Source of the DNA: a virus
Length of the DNA stretch: 64,000 bases
Virus record (IMG/VR): IMGVR_UViG_3300017987_000073
Coordinates: 1 to 64,000 of that record
Direction: 5' to 3' (one strand)
Shown: positions 1 to 8,804 of the stretch, piece after piece
Numbering within the stretch: position 1 is the first letter of the stretch
How the letters are laid out: the number at the start of each line of letters is the position of its first letter
Translations under genes and position numbers: made by a program
Notes under the pieces: generated by a model
What the model was told of the DNA's origin: nothing
Database searches by the model: none
The model's input: the letters and a program-made list of their open reading frames with translations, nothing else

Positions 1-292
1 CGCGAACGTCCTCGTCGTAAGGTTTCAAGTTCTCCACCCGCTCCCAGTACACCCGGCCGAACTCCCACGCGACCGGAACCTCGTCCTCCGACCACCCCAC
101 CTTGATCAGGTGCTCGAGCACCTCGCCGCGACCCGGCTCCCGGGGGAAGGCGATCGACCCCGACCACGCCCGCGGGTCCGTCTGATCGAGGACCACCCCT
201 CGGTGGGGACGCCCCCAACAATCCGGGTGAGCGCCGGCGTACGGCCAACGCTCCGCCCCGACCTCGAGTCCCGGTTCGATCTTCGCGCTCAT
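1..292 (-). CDS. hypothetical protein, runs off the window edge
   Basis: ATG at 292 overlaps the TGA of the upstream ORF (ATGA); open frame MSAKIEPGLEVGAERWPY... to base 1. Confidence 0.6.
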   Translation of the reverse strand, partial: MSAKIEPGLEVGAERWPYAGAHPDCWGRPHRGVVLDQTDPRAWSGSIAFPREPGRGEVLEHLIKVGWSEDEVPVAWEFGRVYWERVENLKPYDEDVR

Positions 293-462
293 CGCCACCC
301 CTCCCGCTCGCAGGACTCGACCAGCGCCCGGAGACACTCCAACGCCCCCGGCCGCGGCGCCCGACGCTCCCGCTCCCGCCGCTCCGCCGCCCTCCTCCGG
401 TTCTCAACCGCCCGCTCCCAACTCCGCCGCCCCAGATCCGTCCTGTGCTCGTACTCCTTCAT
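289..462 (-). CDS. small hypothetical protein (57 aa)
   Basis: GAGGAGG SD before ATG; MKEYEHRTDLGRRSWERAV...; ATGA coupling to next gene. Confidence 0.55.
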   Translation of the reverse strand: MKEYEHRTDLGRRSWERAVENRRRAAERRERERRAPRPGALECLRALVESCEREGWR

Positions 463-507
463 CGTCACACCCTCCTCGGGGGCCCCGGAGGGCCCCCCGT
501 CGAAGTT

Positions 508-903
508 CTACCTCGTGTAGTGGGCGACCCACGCCCGGATCCAGCTCGCCATCCGCGCGAGCCCCTCGTCCGAGGAGTCCCGCACGTGGGACCAGTCCCA
601 CAGCATCGTGGAGACCGACCCCGCGGGGAACACGCCCGAGGAGAGGTCCCCGAACCCGTCCGCCAAGAAGCGGACCGCCCCGTGCTCCTGGTTCGTCAAG
701 AGGGAGTAGAAGGTCCCGTCCCAGTGGAGGAACCGGAGGACCAGGTTCCAGTCGTCGTCGCCCGTCATCCGGGAGACGTCCAGGAGCCCCGCGGCCGCGG
801 CCGGGGAGATCGAGAAGTTGTCGTTGCGGGTCGGGAAGTTGAAGGAACTGGACATTTGGTCCTCCTTGGTTGGGGTTTGAAGTTCGTTTCGTCCGTCGCT
901 CAT
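508..903 (-). CDS. early hypothetical protein (SD-led start at 855, in-frame upstream ATG at 903)
   Basis: AAGGAGG before ATG 855; directly downstream of the leftward promoter module. Confidence 0.7.
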   Translation of the reverse strand: MSDGRNELQTPTKEDQMSSSFNFPTRNDNFSISPAAAAGLLDVSRMTGDDDWNLVLRFLHWDGTFYSLLTNQEHGAVRFLADGFGDLSSGVFPAGSVSTMLWDWSHVRDSSDEGLARMASWIRAWVAHYTR

Positions 904-971
904 AATATAATCTTGACACGCGATAAGATTTAGTCAAGGGGGAAGTGTATTTTTTTTTCAGAAAAGTGTAT
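904..971 (-). promoter_or_regulatory. leftward early promoter module (diverged copy)
   Basis: minus strand reads ATACAC-A tract-ATACACTTCCCCC-TTGACT-16 nt-CAAGAT-6 nt-ATG; contains AATCTT-N10-AAGATT palindrome at 909-930. Confidence 0.75.
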
Positions 972-983
972 AGAAAAAATCCC

Positions 984-1104
984 CGAGTAGCTCCCTCTTC
1001 TAATTGTTCAGTCGTTGTCGATAGATACACTTTTTCAAAAAAAAATACAGTTTCCCTATTGACCTAATCTTTCCCTGTGCTAAGATTTAAATATGAACGA
1101 CGGA
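984..1104 (+). promoter_or_regulatory. rightward early promoter module, copy 1 (121-bp direct repeat)
   Basis: TTGACC (1059-1064)-16 nt-TAAGAT (1081-1086) with TGn extension and upstream A/T tract; matches 1797-1917 except one base. Confidence 0.85.
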
Positions 1105-1620
1105 ACAACGACGAAGGAGAGCACGATGAAAACCACGAAAGAGATCGCCCAGGGTATCCGAAAAGCCCTCAAGTCCCGCGGTTGGAGCGCGCGTCAGGTC
1201 AGCGTCCGGGTCCGTCACCTCGGCGTGGATTCCGGACTCGCGGTCAAAGTTCGCGACGCGGGCGTCCCCCTGGCGGAGGTCCGGGAGATCGCGAAGAGTC
1301 ACGAGAGCGTCGACCGCGATTCGGAGACCGGCGAGATCCTGCTCGGCGGGAACCTGTACGTCGACGTGGACTACACCTCGGAGGCGCTCGAGCCGACGAA
1401 AGCCGAGATCCTGGCGAAGCTGGAGGCGGCCGACGAGGGCGAGCTCGTGGAGCTCGAGAACGGGCTGAAGCTCCGGCGGATCGACCGGTACTACTGGCGG
1501 ATCGACCACGCGAAGTGGAACCGCGACCGGGTATGCTGGGGCGCCGATTTCGCCGCCCAGCAAGCGGCCGAGATCACCCTCGGCGAGGACGTCGAGAACC
1601 TGTACCCGATCGCGGAGTAG
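1093..1620 (+). CDS. early protein; N-terminus weakly resembles LPD29-type polyvalent-protein domains (SD-led start 1126)
   Basis: AAGGAG before ATG 1126; IAQGIRKALK..VSVR..RDSETGEILLGGN. Confidence 0.7.
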   Translation: MNDGTTTKESTMKTTKEIAQGIRKALKSRGWSARQVSVRVRHLGVDSGLAVKVRDAGVPLAEVREIAKSHESVDRDSETGEILLGGNLYVDVDYTSEALEPTKAEILAKLEAADEGELVELENGLKLRRIDRYYWRIDHAKWNRDRVCWGADFAAQQAAEITLGEDVENLYPIAE

Positions 1621-1629
1621 GGGGCCACG

Positions 1630-1803
1630 ATGAAGATCACAGTGACCGCCAAGTTCAAGCGCGCCGTGTTCACCTGGGACGAGGAGCTCGAGACCTGCAC
1701 CGTGGACGCGATCGGGTTCGAGGAGGGGGAGCTCGACCTCCTCGTGGAGGCCAAGGTCCACGAGGGGGCTGATCTGGAGGGGTACCTCGTGGAGGTCGAG
1801 TAG
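1630..1803 (+). CDS. small acidic hypothetical protein (57 aa)
   Basis: MKITVTAKFKRAVFTWDEELE...VEVE; its TAG stop lies inside repeat copy 2. Confidence 0.65.
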   Translation: MKITVTAKFKRAVFTWDEELETCTVDAIGFEEGELDLLVEAKVHEGADLEGYLVEVE

Positions 1804-1917
1804 CTCCCTCTTCTAATTGTTCAGTCGTTGTCGATAGATACACTTTTTCAAAAAAAAATACAGTTTCACTATTGACCTAATCTTTCCCTGTGCTAAGATT
1901 TAAATATGAACGACGGA
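1797..1917 (+). promoter_or_regulatory. rightward early promoter module, copy 2
   Basis: near-identical to 984-1104. Confidence 0.85.
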
Positions 1918-2247
1918 GGGAACAAGATGAACGACGCCACCCAGACCGCAGTCCTCGCCCTGACCGTTTACCAGACCGCCCTCGCCGCCCTCGGCCACAA
2001 GTTCTCCCTGGGGGTCGACGGCTCCGTCGAGCTCGAGGCGAACCCCGAGCGCGCCGGCCGCTGGGGCGAGGTGACCGAGGAGGACCACCGGATCGCGGAG
2101 GACGCGGTCCGCGCCGCCTGGGACGCCGGCGAGCGGTCCGGTCGGGTCCTCGGGGTGGTGCTCCACCCGGACACGGACGAGATCGTGCCCCGGAACGACG
2201 AGGTCCCCCCGCCCATCGGACAGTGGTCGACCTACCAGGAGGTGTGA
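1906..2247 (+). CDS. early hypothetical protein (SD-led start 1927)
   Basis: GGAGG before second ATG; follows promoter copy 2. Confidence 0.65.
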   Translation: MNDGGNKMNDATQTAVLALTVYQTALAALGHKFSLGVDGSVELEANPERAGRWGEVTEEDHRIAEDAVRAAWDAGERSGRVLGVVLHPDTDEIVPRNDEVPPPIGQWSTYQEV

Positions 2248-2248
2248 G

Positions 2249-2500
2249 ATGAGCAATTTCAACGACTGGTTCGAGACCTTCCTGGAGGAGAAGAACCTCC
2301 CGTACGCGTCCTGGGAGCTCACCGCCCCTAACGGGACCCTCCACCTGATCGACTCGAACGTGGTGATCGAGGCGATCAAGGGCGCCCCGGCCGGGAAGCA
2401 AGCGGGGATCAAGGCGACGATCGTCAAGATCGACTTCCTGAACGGAGACGTCAACGACTTCTTCCGTCACCTCGCCCAAGCTTTAGTCAATAGATTCTAG
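2249..2500 (+). CDS. conserved phage hypothetical protein (83 aa)
   Basis: AGGAGG SD; WFETFLEEK...VKIDFLNGDVNDFFRHLA resembles a widespread phage family (from recall). Confidence 0.7.
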   Translation: MSNFNDWFETFLEEKNLPYASWELTAPNGTLHLIDSNVVIEAIKGAPAGKQAGIKATIVKIDFLNGDVNDFFRHLAQALVNRF

Positions 2501-2502
2501 TT

Positions 2503-2582
2503 GATACACTTTTTCAAAAAAAAATACAGTTTCCCTATTGACCTAATCTTTCCCTGTGCTAAGATTTAAATATGAGCGACGG
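2503..2582 (+). promoter_or_regulatory. rightward early promoter module, copy 3 (shorter)
   Basis: matches 1024-1096 from GATACAC through ATGA. Confidence 0.85.
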
Positions 2583-2922
2583 GGGAAACAAAAAGGAGGA
2601 CGAGATGGAGTTCACGATCAACGCCCTGTTCCTGGTACTCAACGCCGACCTGATCGCCCGGTTCCACCGGGTGTGGAGGCTCCGCCTCCGCCGCGCCGAG
2701 CGCGCTTGGGCGCTCGGTCTCCCGACCTCCTCCTACGACCTCGGGCTGGAGACTCAGCTCGAGAACCTCCTCGCCGCCCACCCCGAGGTGGTCCACGCCG
2801 CGAGCTCCTCCTTCGACTGGGAGGGTGAGCGCGCGGCCGCGGAGCGCGCCTGTCTGAAGCGAGGCGAGTACTCCGACCTGACCCTCGAAGTTTACCCCGA
2901 GCTCGGTGAGGTGCTCCGATGA
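2572..2922 (+). CDS. early hypothetical protein (SD-led start 2605)
   Basis: AAGGAGG before ATG 2605. Confidence 0.65.
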   Translation: MSDGGNKKEDEMEFTINALFLVLNADLIARFHRVWRLRLRRAERAWALGLPTSSYDLGLETQLENLLAAHPEVVHAASSSFDWEGERAAAERACLKRGEYSDLTLEVYPELGEVLR

Positions 2923-3161
2923 GACGCCGCCCCCTGGCCAATTACCGCCGCGAGATCTCCGAGACCCGGACCCGCCTGGAGGTCCGCGCCGCGGCCGAGA
3001 ACCTGCTCGCCGCCCTCGTCCTGGAGGACGGGGACCTGGACCCCCCGAGCCTCCCGACCCGGGAAGCTTGGGCGATCTTCCACGCCGAGTTTCACGAGAG
3101 TCACGCCCAACTGTTCGCGCGGAGCTGGAGAGCGGCGCGCGACTTCCTGAGAGGAGCGTAA
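2919..3161 (+). CDS. hypothetical protein (80 aa)
   Basis: ATGA overlap with upstream gene. Confidence 0.6.
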   Translation: MRRRPLANYRREISETRTRLEVRAAAENLLAALVLEDGDLDPPSLPTREAWAIFHAEFHESHAQLFARSWRAARDFLRGA

Positions 3162-3163
3162 AG

Positions 3164-3553
3164 ATGAAGTTGACCGTGTTCCGAACCGACGACCAGGGCG
3201 AGGTCCTCGCCCACTGCCGCTCGATCCGAGCGGTCCTCGGGTGCGCCCTGCGCGCCCCCCACCACACGGCCGGCCCGAAGGCGGTCGCCGGGGAGCTGGA
3301 GCTCGCCGCCGGCGGAGTCCTCCTCCTGGACGAGGCGGCCGACTTCCGGCGGGCCTGCTTCGAGGAGCTGGCCCGCCGGGTGGCGAGCCGGGTCCTCCGC
3401 GGGAAACCCCTCCCCCTGGCGATCGTCCTCCGGGTCGACGCCGACCCGAGCGAGCTCGAGCGCCTCGCCCGCGTCGCCTCCTCGATCCTCCACCCGGACG
3501 ACGTCGAGGCGCTCCGGCGCGAACCGACGGCGTCCAACCGGACCTGGAGGTGA
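3164..3553 (+). CDS. truncated ComM/YifB (Mg-chelatase-like AAA+) fragment
   Basis: RAPHHT...GELELAAGGVLLLDEAADFRR matches ComM RAPHHT...GEISLAHxGVLFLDELPEF; no Walker A; GAGGAG SD. Confidence 0.65.
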   Translation: MKLTVFRTDDQGEVLAHCRSIRAVLGCALRAPHHTAGPKAVAGELELAAGGVLLLDEAADFRRACFEELARRVASRVLRGKPLPLAIVLRVDADPSELERLARVASSILHPDDVEALRREPTASNRTWR

Positions 3554-3557
3554 CCCG

Positions 3558-3776
3558 ATGAGCCGGCGACCGAGAAGTCACTTCGGGCGAACCTGGATCG
3601 ACTGGAGCACGGGGGCGTGGTACCGGCCGGCGCCGGCGCGGGTCGGCGGAGTCTACACCTGCCGCGGGGGTTGGACGGACCGCGAGCGAGTCCTCCGGGC
3701 CCTCGACTACGTGGGGTCGAGTCCGGCGGAGGTCGAGATAATCCTGGCCTACCTGGGGCTGGAGGTGACGTCGTGA
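3558..3776 (+). CDS. hypothetical protein (72 aa)
   Basis: GGAGGTGA SD; coupled to next gene. Confidence 0.6.
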   Translation: MSRRPRSHFGRTWIDWSTGAWYRPAPARVGGVYTCRGGWTDRERVLRALDYVGSSPAEVEIILAYLGLEVTS

Positions 3777-4141
3777 GGAAGCGGATCGACTGGATCTTGA
3801 AGGGGAGGACGTTCACGTGCCCGGCGTGCGGCCGGAGCTTCCGGAGCCCGAGTCGAGCGGTCGCCCACGAGCGACGGGTCGGTCCGGAGGACGACGCCCG
3901 GCTCGCCGCGCTGGAGCGGGCCCTCGCGGGGGTGGAGGGTTGCCTCCGGACGATCGACGAGCTCGAGCGGGACCCCGACCACGTCCGCTTCGGGCCGAAC
4001 CTGGGGGAGCTCCGGAGCGCCCTGATCGACCGGCGGGTGACGCTCCTCCCGGACGTCCGCGCCGCCCGGAGGGCGGTCGAGCTCGGGTGTCGCGGGGAGA
4101 ACGCCGGCGCAACCGCTCAAAGAAAAACCGGGGGCGATTAG
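3773..4141 (+). CDS. C2H2-like zinc-finger protein
   Basis: FTCPACGRSFRSPSRAVAHER; GTGA overlap. Confidence 0.6.
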   Translation: MRKRIDWILKGRTFTCPACGRSFRSPSRAVAHERRVGPEDDARLAALERALAGVEGCLRTIDELERDPDHVRFGPNLGELRSALIDRRVTLLPDVRAARRAVELGCRGENAGATAQRKTGGD

Positions 4142-4147
4142 GTTTGC

Positions 4148-5068
4148 TCAAACGGTGCTTTTCTTCATCGAGAGGAACGACGGGAGGCCGCGGTCGTAAC
4201 GGTACTGACACGGATTACACCGCGCCTTGGATCCCAAGTTCGAAAAGACCTTCCCGCACCCGAGGCACGCCTTCAACCCGTCCGCCCGCCTCCTCCTCCG
4301 CTTCGTCGGCGTCACCGCCGCCTCCAGTGCGCTCATACCAGCGTTTATCCGCTCCCGGATCGTCCGCTGAGTCACCCCGAACGCCTCCGCAAGATCTCCG
4401 ACGGACATCCACCGACCGTTCACCTCGTGCCTCCCGAAGCACCTTCCACACCGCCGGGAGAGGCGGAGGTCACTCGAACGCCGGCGCGCCTCCGCCCCAC
4501 AACGAACGCACCTCACGAGGTAAAAATCAAGCCCCTCGACGGGGGCGAGCACCTCCCAGGTTCCACAAACGGTCCCAACCTCAAACCGCTCCCCCTCCGC
4601 TCTTTTCCTAACGGCGTCGAGACACTCCGCGCAACGCTTGTTCTTCCCCGCCTTCCCGTTCCCCTTCCCGTGAAACATCTCCGGCGGAAGCTCCCGCTTG
4701 CACTCCGGACAAACCCTCTTCGCGCGTGGCTTCGGCGCGGTTCGACGCGCGTCCTCCGCCGCCGCCTCGACGTCCATCCCATTCCGCTCCAGGCGGTACT
4801 CGAGCACGCTCCACGGAACGTCGAGAACGCGGGAGATCTCCGCGTGATCGACCCACTTCCCGCGAAACAGAATCTTCCCGGCGCAGGCGCCGCACCAACC
4901 GCCCCTGTTCTTCCGAACGTCAACGGCGGACCTCGCCGCGGTTGACCCGCAGCGCCGGCATCTAACTTCGTAGAGAACCCTGGAACCGCGTCGCGCCGGC
5001 CTCCCCGGCTGGATCTCCCGAATAACCTCCCAAATCCCGCAGACGTCACCGGGTTCAAGCCTGGGCAT
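4148..5068 (-). CDS. Cys-rich DNA-binding protein with a duplicated module of the type that accompanies homing endonucleases
   Basis: two copies of GxVCGxWEV...YxVRCxRCG...CxxC, each followed by an HTH-like segment and a CxxC ribbon; no clear nuclease motif. Confidence 0.6.
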   Translation of the reverse strand: MPRLEPGDVCGIWEVIREIQPGRPARRGSRVLYEVRCRRCGSTAARSAVDVRKNRGGWCGACAGKILFRGKWVDHAEISRVLDVPWSVLEYRLERNGMDVEAAAEDARRTAPKPRAKRVCPECKRELPPEMFHGKGNGKAGKNKRCAECLDAVRKRAEGERFEVGTVCGTWEVLAPVEGLDFYLVRCVRCGAEARRRSSDLRLSRRCGRCFGRHEVNGRWMSVGDLAEAFGVTQRTIRERINAGMSALEAAVTPTKRRRRRADGLKACLGCGKVFSNLGSKARCNPCQYRYDRGLPSFLSMKKSTV

Positions 5069-6422
5069 CTTCCCAGACCGTAATCACGGAGTCGATCCAC
5101 GCCTCGTCGTTGTCCCCCCGTGCCGCGAGAAAACTCCGGAGCTTCCCCCGGATCTCCGCCTTCATCTTCGCGGTGAGCTCCACGAGCGGGATCCCCCGCT
5201 CCTCCCGCGGAACCGAGATCCGCTCGATGGAGGGGAGTTCCACGCCGCAGAACGAGCAGATCCGGTCCCTCCGCGGAACCGCGGCGCCGCACTCCGGACA
5301 GACCCTCGGAAGGTTCTCCTCCGGAAGCTGGTGAGCGCCGAACTCAAGCGTGAACGTCCGCTCCGCCTCCGGCAACCCGAAACGAAGAACATTCCGCGCG
5401 TGGTCCAGAACGATCGTCCGGAGACCATCCGAGCGCGGTCGCATCGCGCGCCCAACCTGCTGAAGGTAGAGAGTGAGGGAGCAGGTCGGCCTAGCCAGAA
5501 CGACCGCGTTGACCTCCGGGAAGTCGAAGCCCTCCGAGAGAACGCCGACGTTGACGACCACGCGCGTCTCCCCTCCCCTCAGTCGATCTCGGAGACCGTC
5601 CCGCTCGGAGATCGACGTCCGCGCCGTGATCACCTCGCTCGAGACCCCGGCGTTCAAAAACCGACGCGCCAGACGCTCCGCGTGCTCGACGGAAACCGCG
5701 AATACGACGCCAGTCCCGTCCGCCGGAACACGTCGGCGAAACGCGTCCACGACGTTCCCCACGATACCGCGGCGGAGAACCCGCGCCCGGAGCTTCCCCG
5801 GCTGCCAGTCCCCGCGGAGGAGCTGAAGCCCCGCCAGATCGGGCTGAAACTCCTCCTTCGCGACGAAGCAAACCGGACTCCCGAGGAACCCGTCCCGAAC
5901 GAGACGCCCGGTCCGCTCCGCGACGACCATCGAGTCGAAGTGAGCCCCCAACGGCTTCCCGTCCAACCTGACCGGCGTGGCGGTGAACCCGGCGACCCGC
6001 ACCCCCGGGTAGGACGAAACGAGCCGCGCGTAGGTCCGCGCCGCGACCCGGTGCGCCTCGTCGACCAGAAGAACGTCCGCCGGTGGTAACTCCCGCCTCC
6101 TGGCGAGAAGCGGGTGGGAGGCCACGAGGACGGGTTGTCCGTCGTACTCGGGAAACGGGGAGCCCGGGTAGAGCGCCGCGAGGTCCTCCGGCGGAACCCC
6201 AACCGCAACCGCGGAGTCCGCGAGCTGCCGGAGTATCTCCCGACGGTGGGAAACGAGCAGGACGGAGAGCCCGTCCGCGGAGAGCCGGCGGGCAAGCTCC
6301 GTCGCCACGTGGGACTTCCCGGACCCGGCGGCGGAGACGACAAGCGGTCTCCGCCCGCGCCCGAACTCCGAGAGAACCCCCCGCACCGCCCGCCGCTGAT
6401 AATCACGAAGTTCGATCGGCAT
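5055..6422 (-). CDS. SF2 DEAH helicase (RadD/YejH-like) with C-terminal Zn ribbon
   Basis: LRDYQ, AAGSGKS, DEAH, TATP, SEGFDFP, QQVGRAMR, CPECG..CSFCG; start MPIEL after GAGGAGG. Confidence 0.9.
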   Translation of the reverse strand: MPIELRDYQRRAVRGVLSEFGRGRRPLVVSAAGSGKSHVATELARRLSADGLSVLLVSHRREILRQLADSAVAVGVPPEDLAALYPGSPFPEYDGQPVLVASHPLLARRRELPPADVLLVDEAHRVAARTYARLVSSYPGVRVAGFTATPVRLDGKPLGAHFDSMVVAERTGRLVRDGFLGSPVCFVAKEEFQPDLAGLQLLRGDWQPGKLRARVLRRGIVGNVVDAFRRRVPADGTGVVFAVSVEHAERLARRFLNAGVSSEVITARTSISERDGLRDRLRGGETRVVVNVGVLSEGFDFPEVNAVVLARPTCSLTLYLQQVGRAMRPRSDGLRTIVLDHARNVLRFGLPEAERTFTLEFGAHQLPEENLPRVCPECGAAVPRRDRICSFCGVELPSIERISVPREERGIPLVELTAKMKAEIRGKLRSFLAARGDNDEAWIDSVITVWEDAQA

Positions 6423-7204
6423 CGTCGTCACCTCCTCCCCCGTGTAACCGGAATGAGCCGGATGCCGGTGACCCCCCTCGAACCCCGTACACTTTCTCAC
6501 CCGAGGCGAAACCCCGGGTCGGAATCGCCTCGTCGGGCGCCAACCCCCCGAGATCCCTCGACTCCCGAGCAAGTGTACGAAATCGGGCGATTCTCGCCGC
6601 GATGAGGGGCCGCGAAGCGCGAAACTCCAGTGATTCCAGGTGGATACAGTCTTGTATGGGTGGGTGTGTATGGACGCGGGCCCAGCCGAGGGGCGCACCG
6701 ATCGCTGCCTAGCCCCGGGGTGCGACACACGCCCACCTCGCCCGATCGGGCCCCACGCCCCCCTCGTCCGCTCGCCGGCGCGAGCCCCCGAGTCGCCCCC
6801 GGCGACCCCCCGCGAGGAGCTCCGCGGAGCTCCCTCGGCCAGCTCCCCGGAACTCCAAGCCTTTGACTTGGTTGATATACACTCCCTTTAGGGAGTGTAC
6901 ACAGGGGTCACCGAGACCGAGGTCTCGAACCCCCGGGGCGAGGCGCCCCGGACCCCGAGAAGGCGCAGTAAACGACATCCCCCTCCGTCGGGCCCCGTCG
7001 TCCCCCTCGGGGTCGGGTGGGGGGCGTCCTCTCCCCCGGTTCGGTTCAGTGAATTCGATTGGTTGCGAGTCGGTTGAGGGTGGGTGGGTTCGTCGGTTCG
7101 GTTCGTCCGTCCCCCGCGGTTCCCCCTCGTCGTTTCCCCCGGAACTCGTTCCACGCTGGAGGGTGGTCACCCTCCCCCCTGAGTTCGGTTCTGTTCTTTC
7201 CTCT
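6423..7204. other. large non-coding region with serial hairpins and TACAC motifs
   Basis: no credible ORF; inverted repeats at 6740-6751, 6770-6785, 6792-6806, 6816-6833, 6878-6899, 6912-6927, 6933-6951. Confidence 0.55.
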
Positions 7205-8783
7205 TCATGAGGGCCTCCAGAACCACCTGATCACCCACTCGAGGACGCTCTTCGGAACTTCTTTGAGCGTCGTCCCGAACGTCTCCCCGGTGACGATCTC
7301 CACCTCCGGCTTCGCGTTGGTTCGGTGCGGGTGATTCCCCCTTCGTGCGATCCTCACCTCGAGGCCCCCCTCGAGCACCTCGGGCACAGGTCCACGCGTT
7401 CGCTCTCCGTCCTCCTCCCGGTCCACTTCGGCGGCGGTTTCCCGTCCAGAAACCACTCCGGGGGCGGGTTCCTCTCGATCCTCCACCTCAACCCGCAACC
7501 GTCGCAGATCACCTCGGGTGGACCCGGAACCAACCCGAGCTTGCTCATCGACGCCCCCACTCCGCAGCGGTAGCTCATCACTCCCTCCTTCGGTGCACTC
7601 CAACCCCCTTCAGTAGACTCTGACCTCCCACACGATCGCGTTCCTCCCCGGAAGGTCCCCCAGGTTCCCCTCGTACACGGAGACCTCGAGCGCGTGGTTC
7701 GGGAACCGCTCCAGCAGAGCCAGGTAATCCTCCCTCGAGCTCGGCGTCATCGGGCTCGTCAGCAGGCGGAACCCCCGCCACTCGTCCACCTCGAGGCTCT
7801 CCTCCCGCAGGGCGTCCCTCATCTGCGCCCTGACCGTGGTGTATCGTACGCTTCCCCCCGGCTCGTTCAGGTGCTCCCCCTGGATCACCACCCGGTGGTC
7901 CGGGGCCCGCTCGTTCACCGTGAACCTCCTCCGCTCGAACCCCTCGAGCGTCAGTCGATCCACCTCGAGCTCCACGTCCCCCTGGCGAACGTCGTACAGG
8001 CAGGGACCGCCGCCCCCCTCCCCCAGGTACCGGAGAACCACGTTCCCCTCGATCAGACCCGGGCGCCACTCCTCGAGCGTCCAGCTCCGGAGTCGGTTCC
8101 CGTACACTCCCCTCCGGAAGTTGGCGTGATTCCTGGCCTTGCTGGTCACCGGCGGGAAGTTCACGATCCCCGCTCCGGGGGCCACTCGTCTGCGGCTTGC
8201 CTGATGAAGTGACCGGACGCGTCGGTCGGCAGATCGGGCAACCCGAAGGCGCGCCGAACGCACCTCTCGCCGTCCAGGTAAGCGAGGCGCGCCGCCTCCC
8301 CGGGCGTGCAGTGACTAACACCCGGCAGGATCCGTCCCAGCTCTCTAATGTGTTCGATCGCATCGAGCGCCGCTCTTTGCGCCTCCGTGAGCCGTTCCCT
8401 TGGAATCAGCGCCGGCGCCGGCGGCTCCGGTCTCGGCTCCCGCGGCGCCTCGTTCACCCCGCCCTTGCGGACCTTCCCCTCCTCGATCGTCGTCATCTCC
8501 GCCTCCTCGGCTCGATCGGCGGGATCTCCGTCCCCTCGTCCTCGACCAGAATCACGAGATCCCGGTGCACCTTGGTGATCCTCGGCTGAAACCCGCACCT
8601 CTCGCAGGCGTCGAACTCCAGGTTCACCCCCGATTGCCAGTGACCCGAGACCGTGGCCAGCGTCCCCGCCGGAAACCGCCCGAACGCGTTGCTCAGCGAT
8701 CGCACGATCCGAACCCTCCGACCCACCAGTTGACTCATCTTCAGCTCGAGCGTCCGCCCGAGCGTCGTCTTGACCTTCGCCAC
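7205..8783 (-). other. run of small coupled hypothetical genes (7205-7357, 7354-7581, 7610-8164, 8161-8496, 8493-8783)
   Basis: ATGA/GTGA overlaps; CxxC motifs in two of them. Confidence 0.6.
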
Positions 8784-8804
8784 TCGTTCACCACCTGATA
8801 GAAA

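Noticed and set aside
984-2582. Repeats as a CRISPR array
   Set aside because: Units are 80-121 bp promoters separated by whole genes; no cas genes
7009-7090. G-quadruplex motifs
   Set aside because: Only three clean G runs per cluster, expected at this GC content
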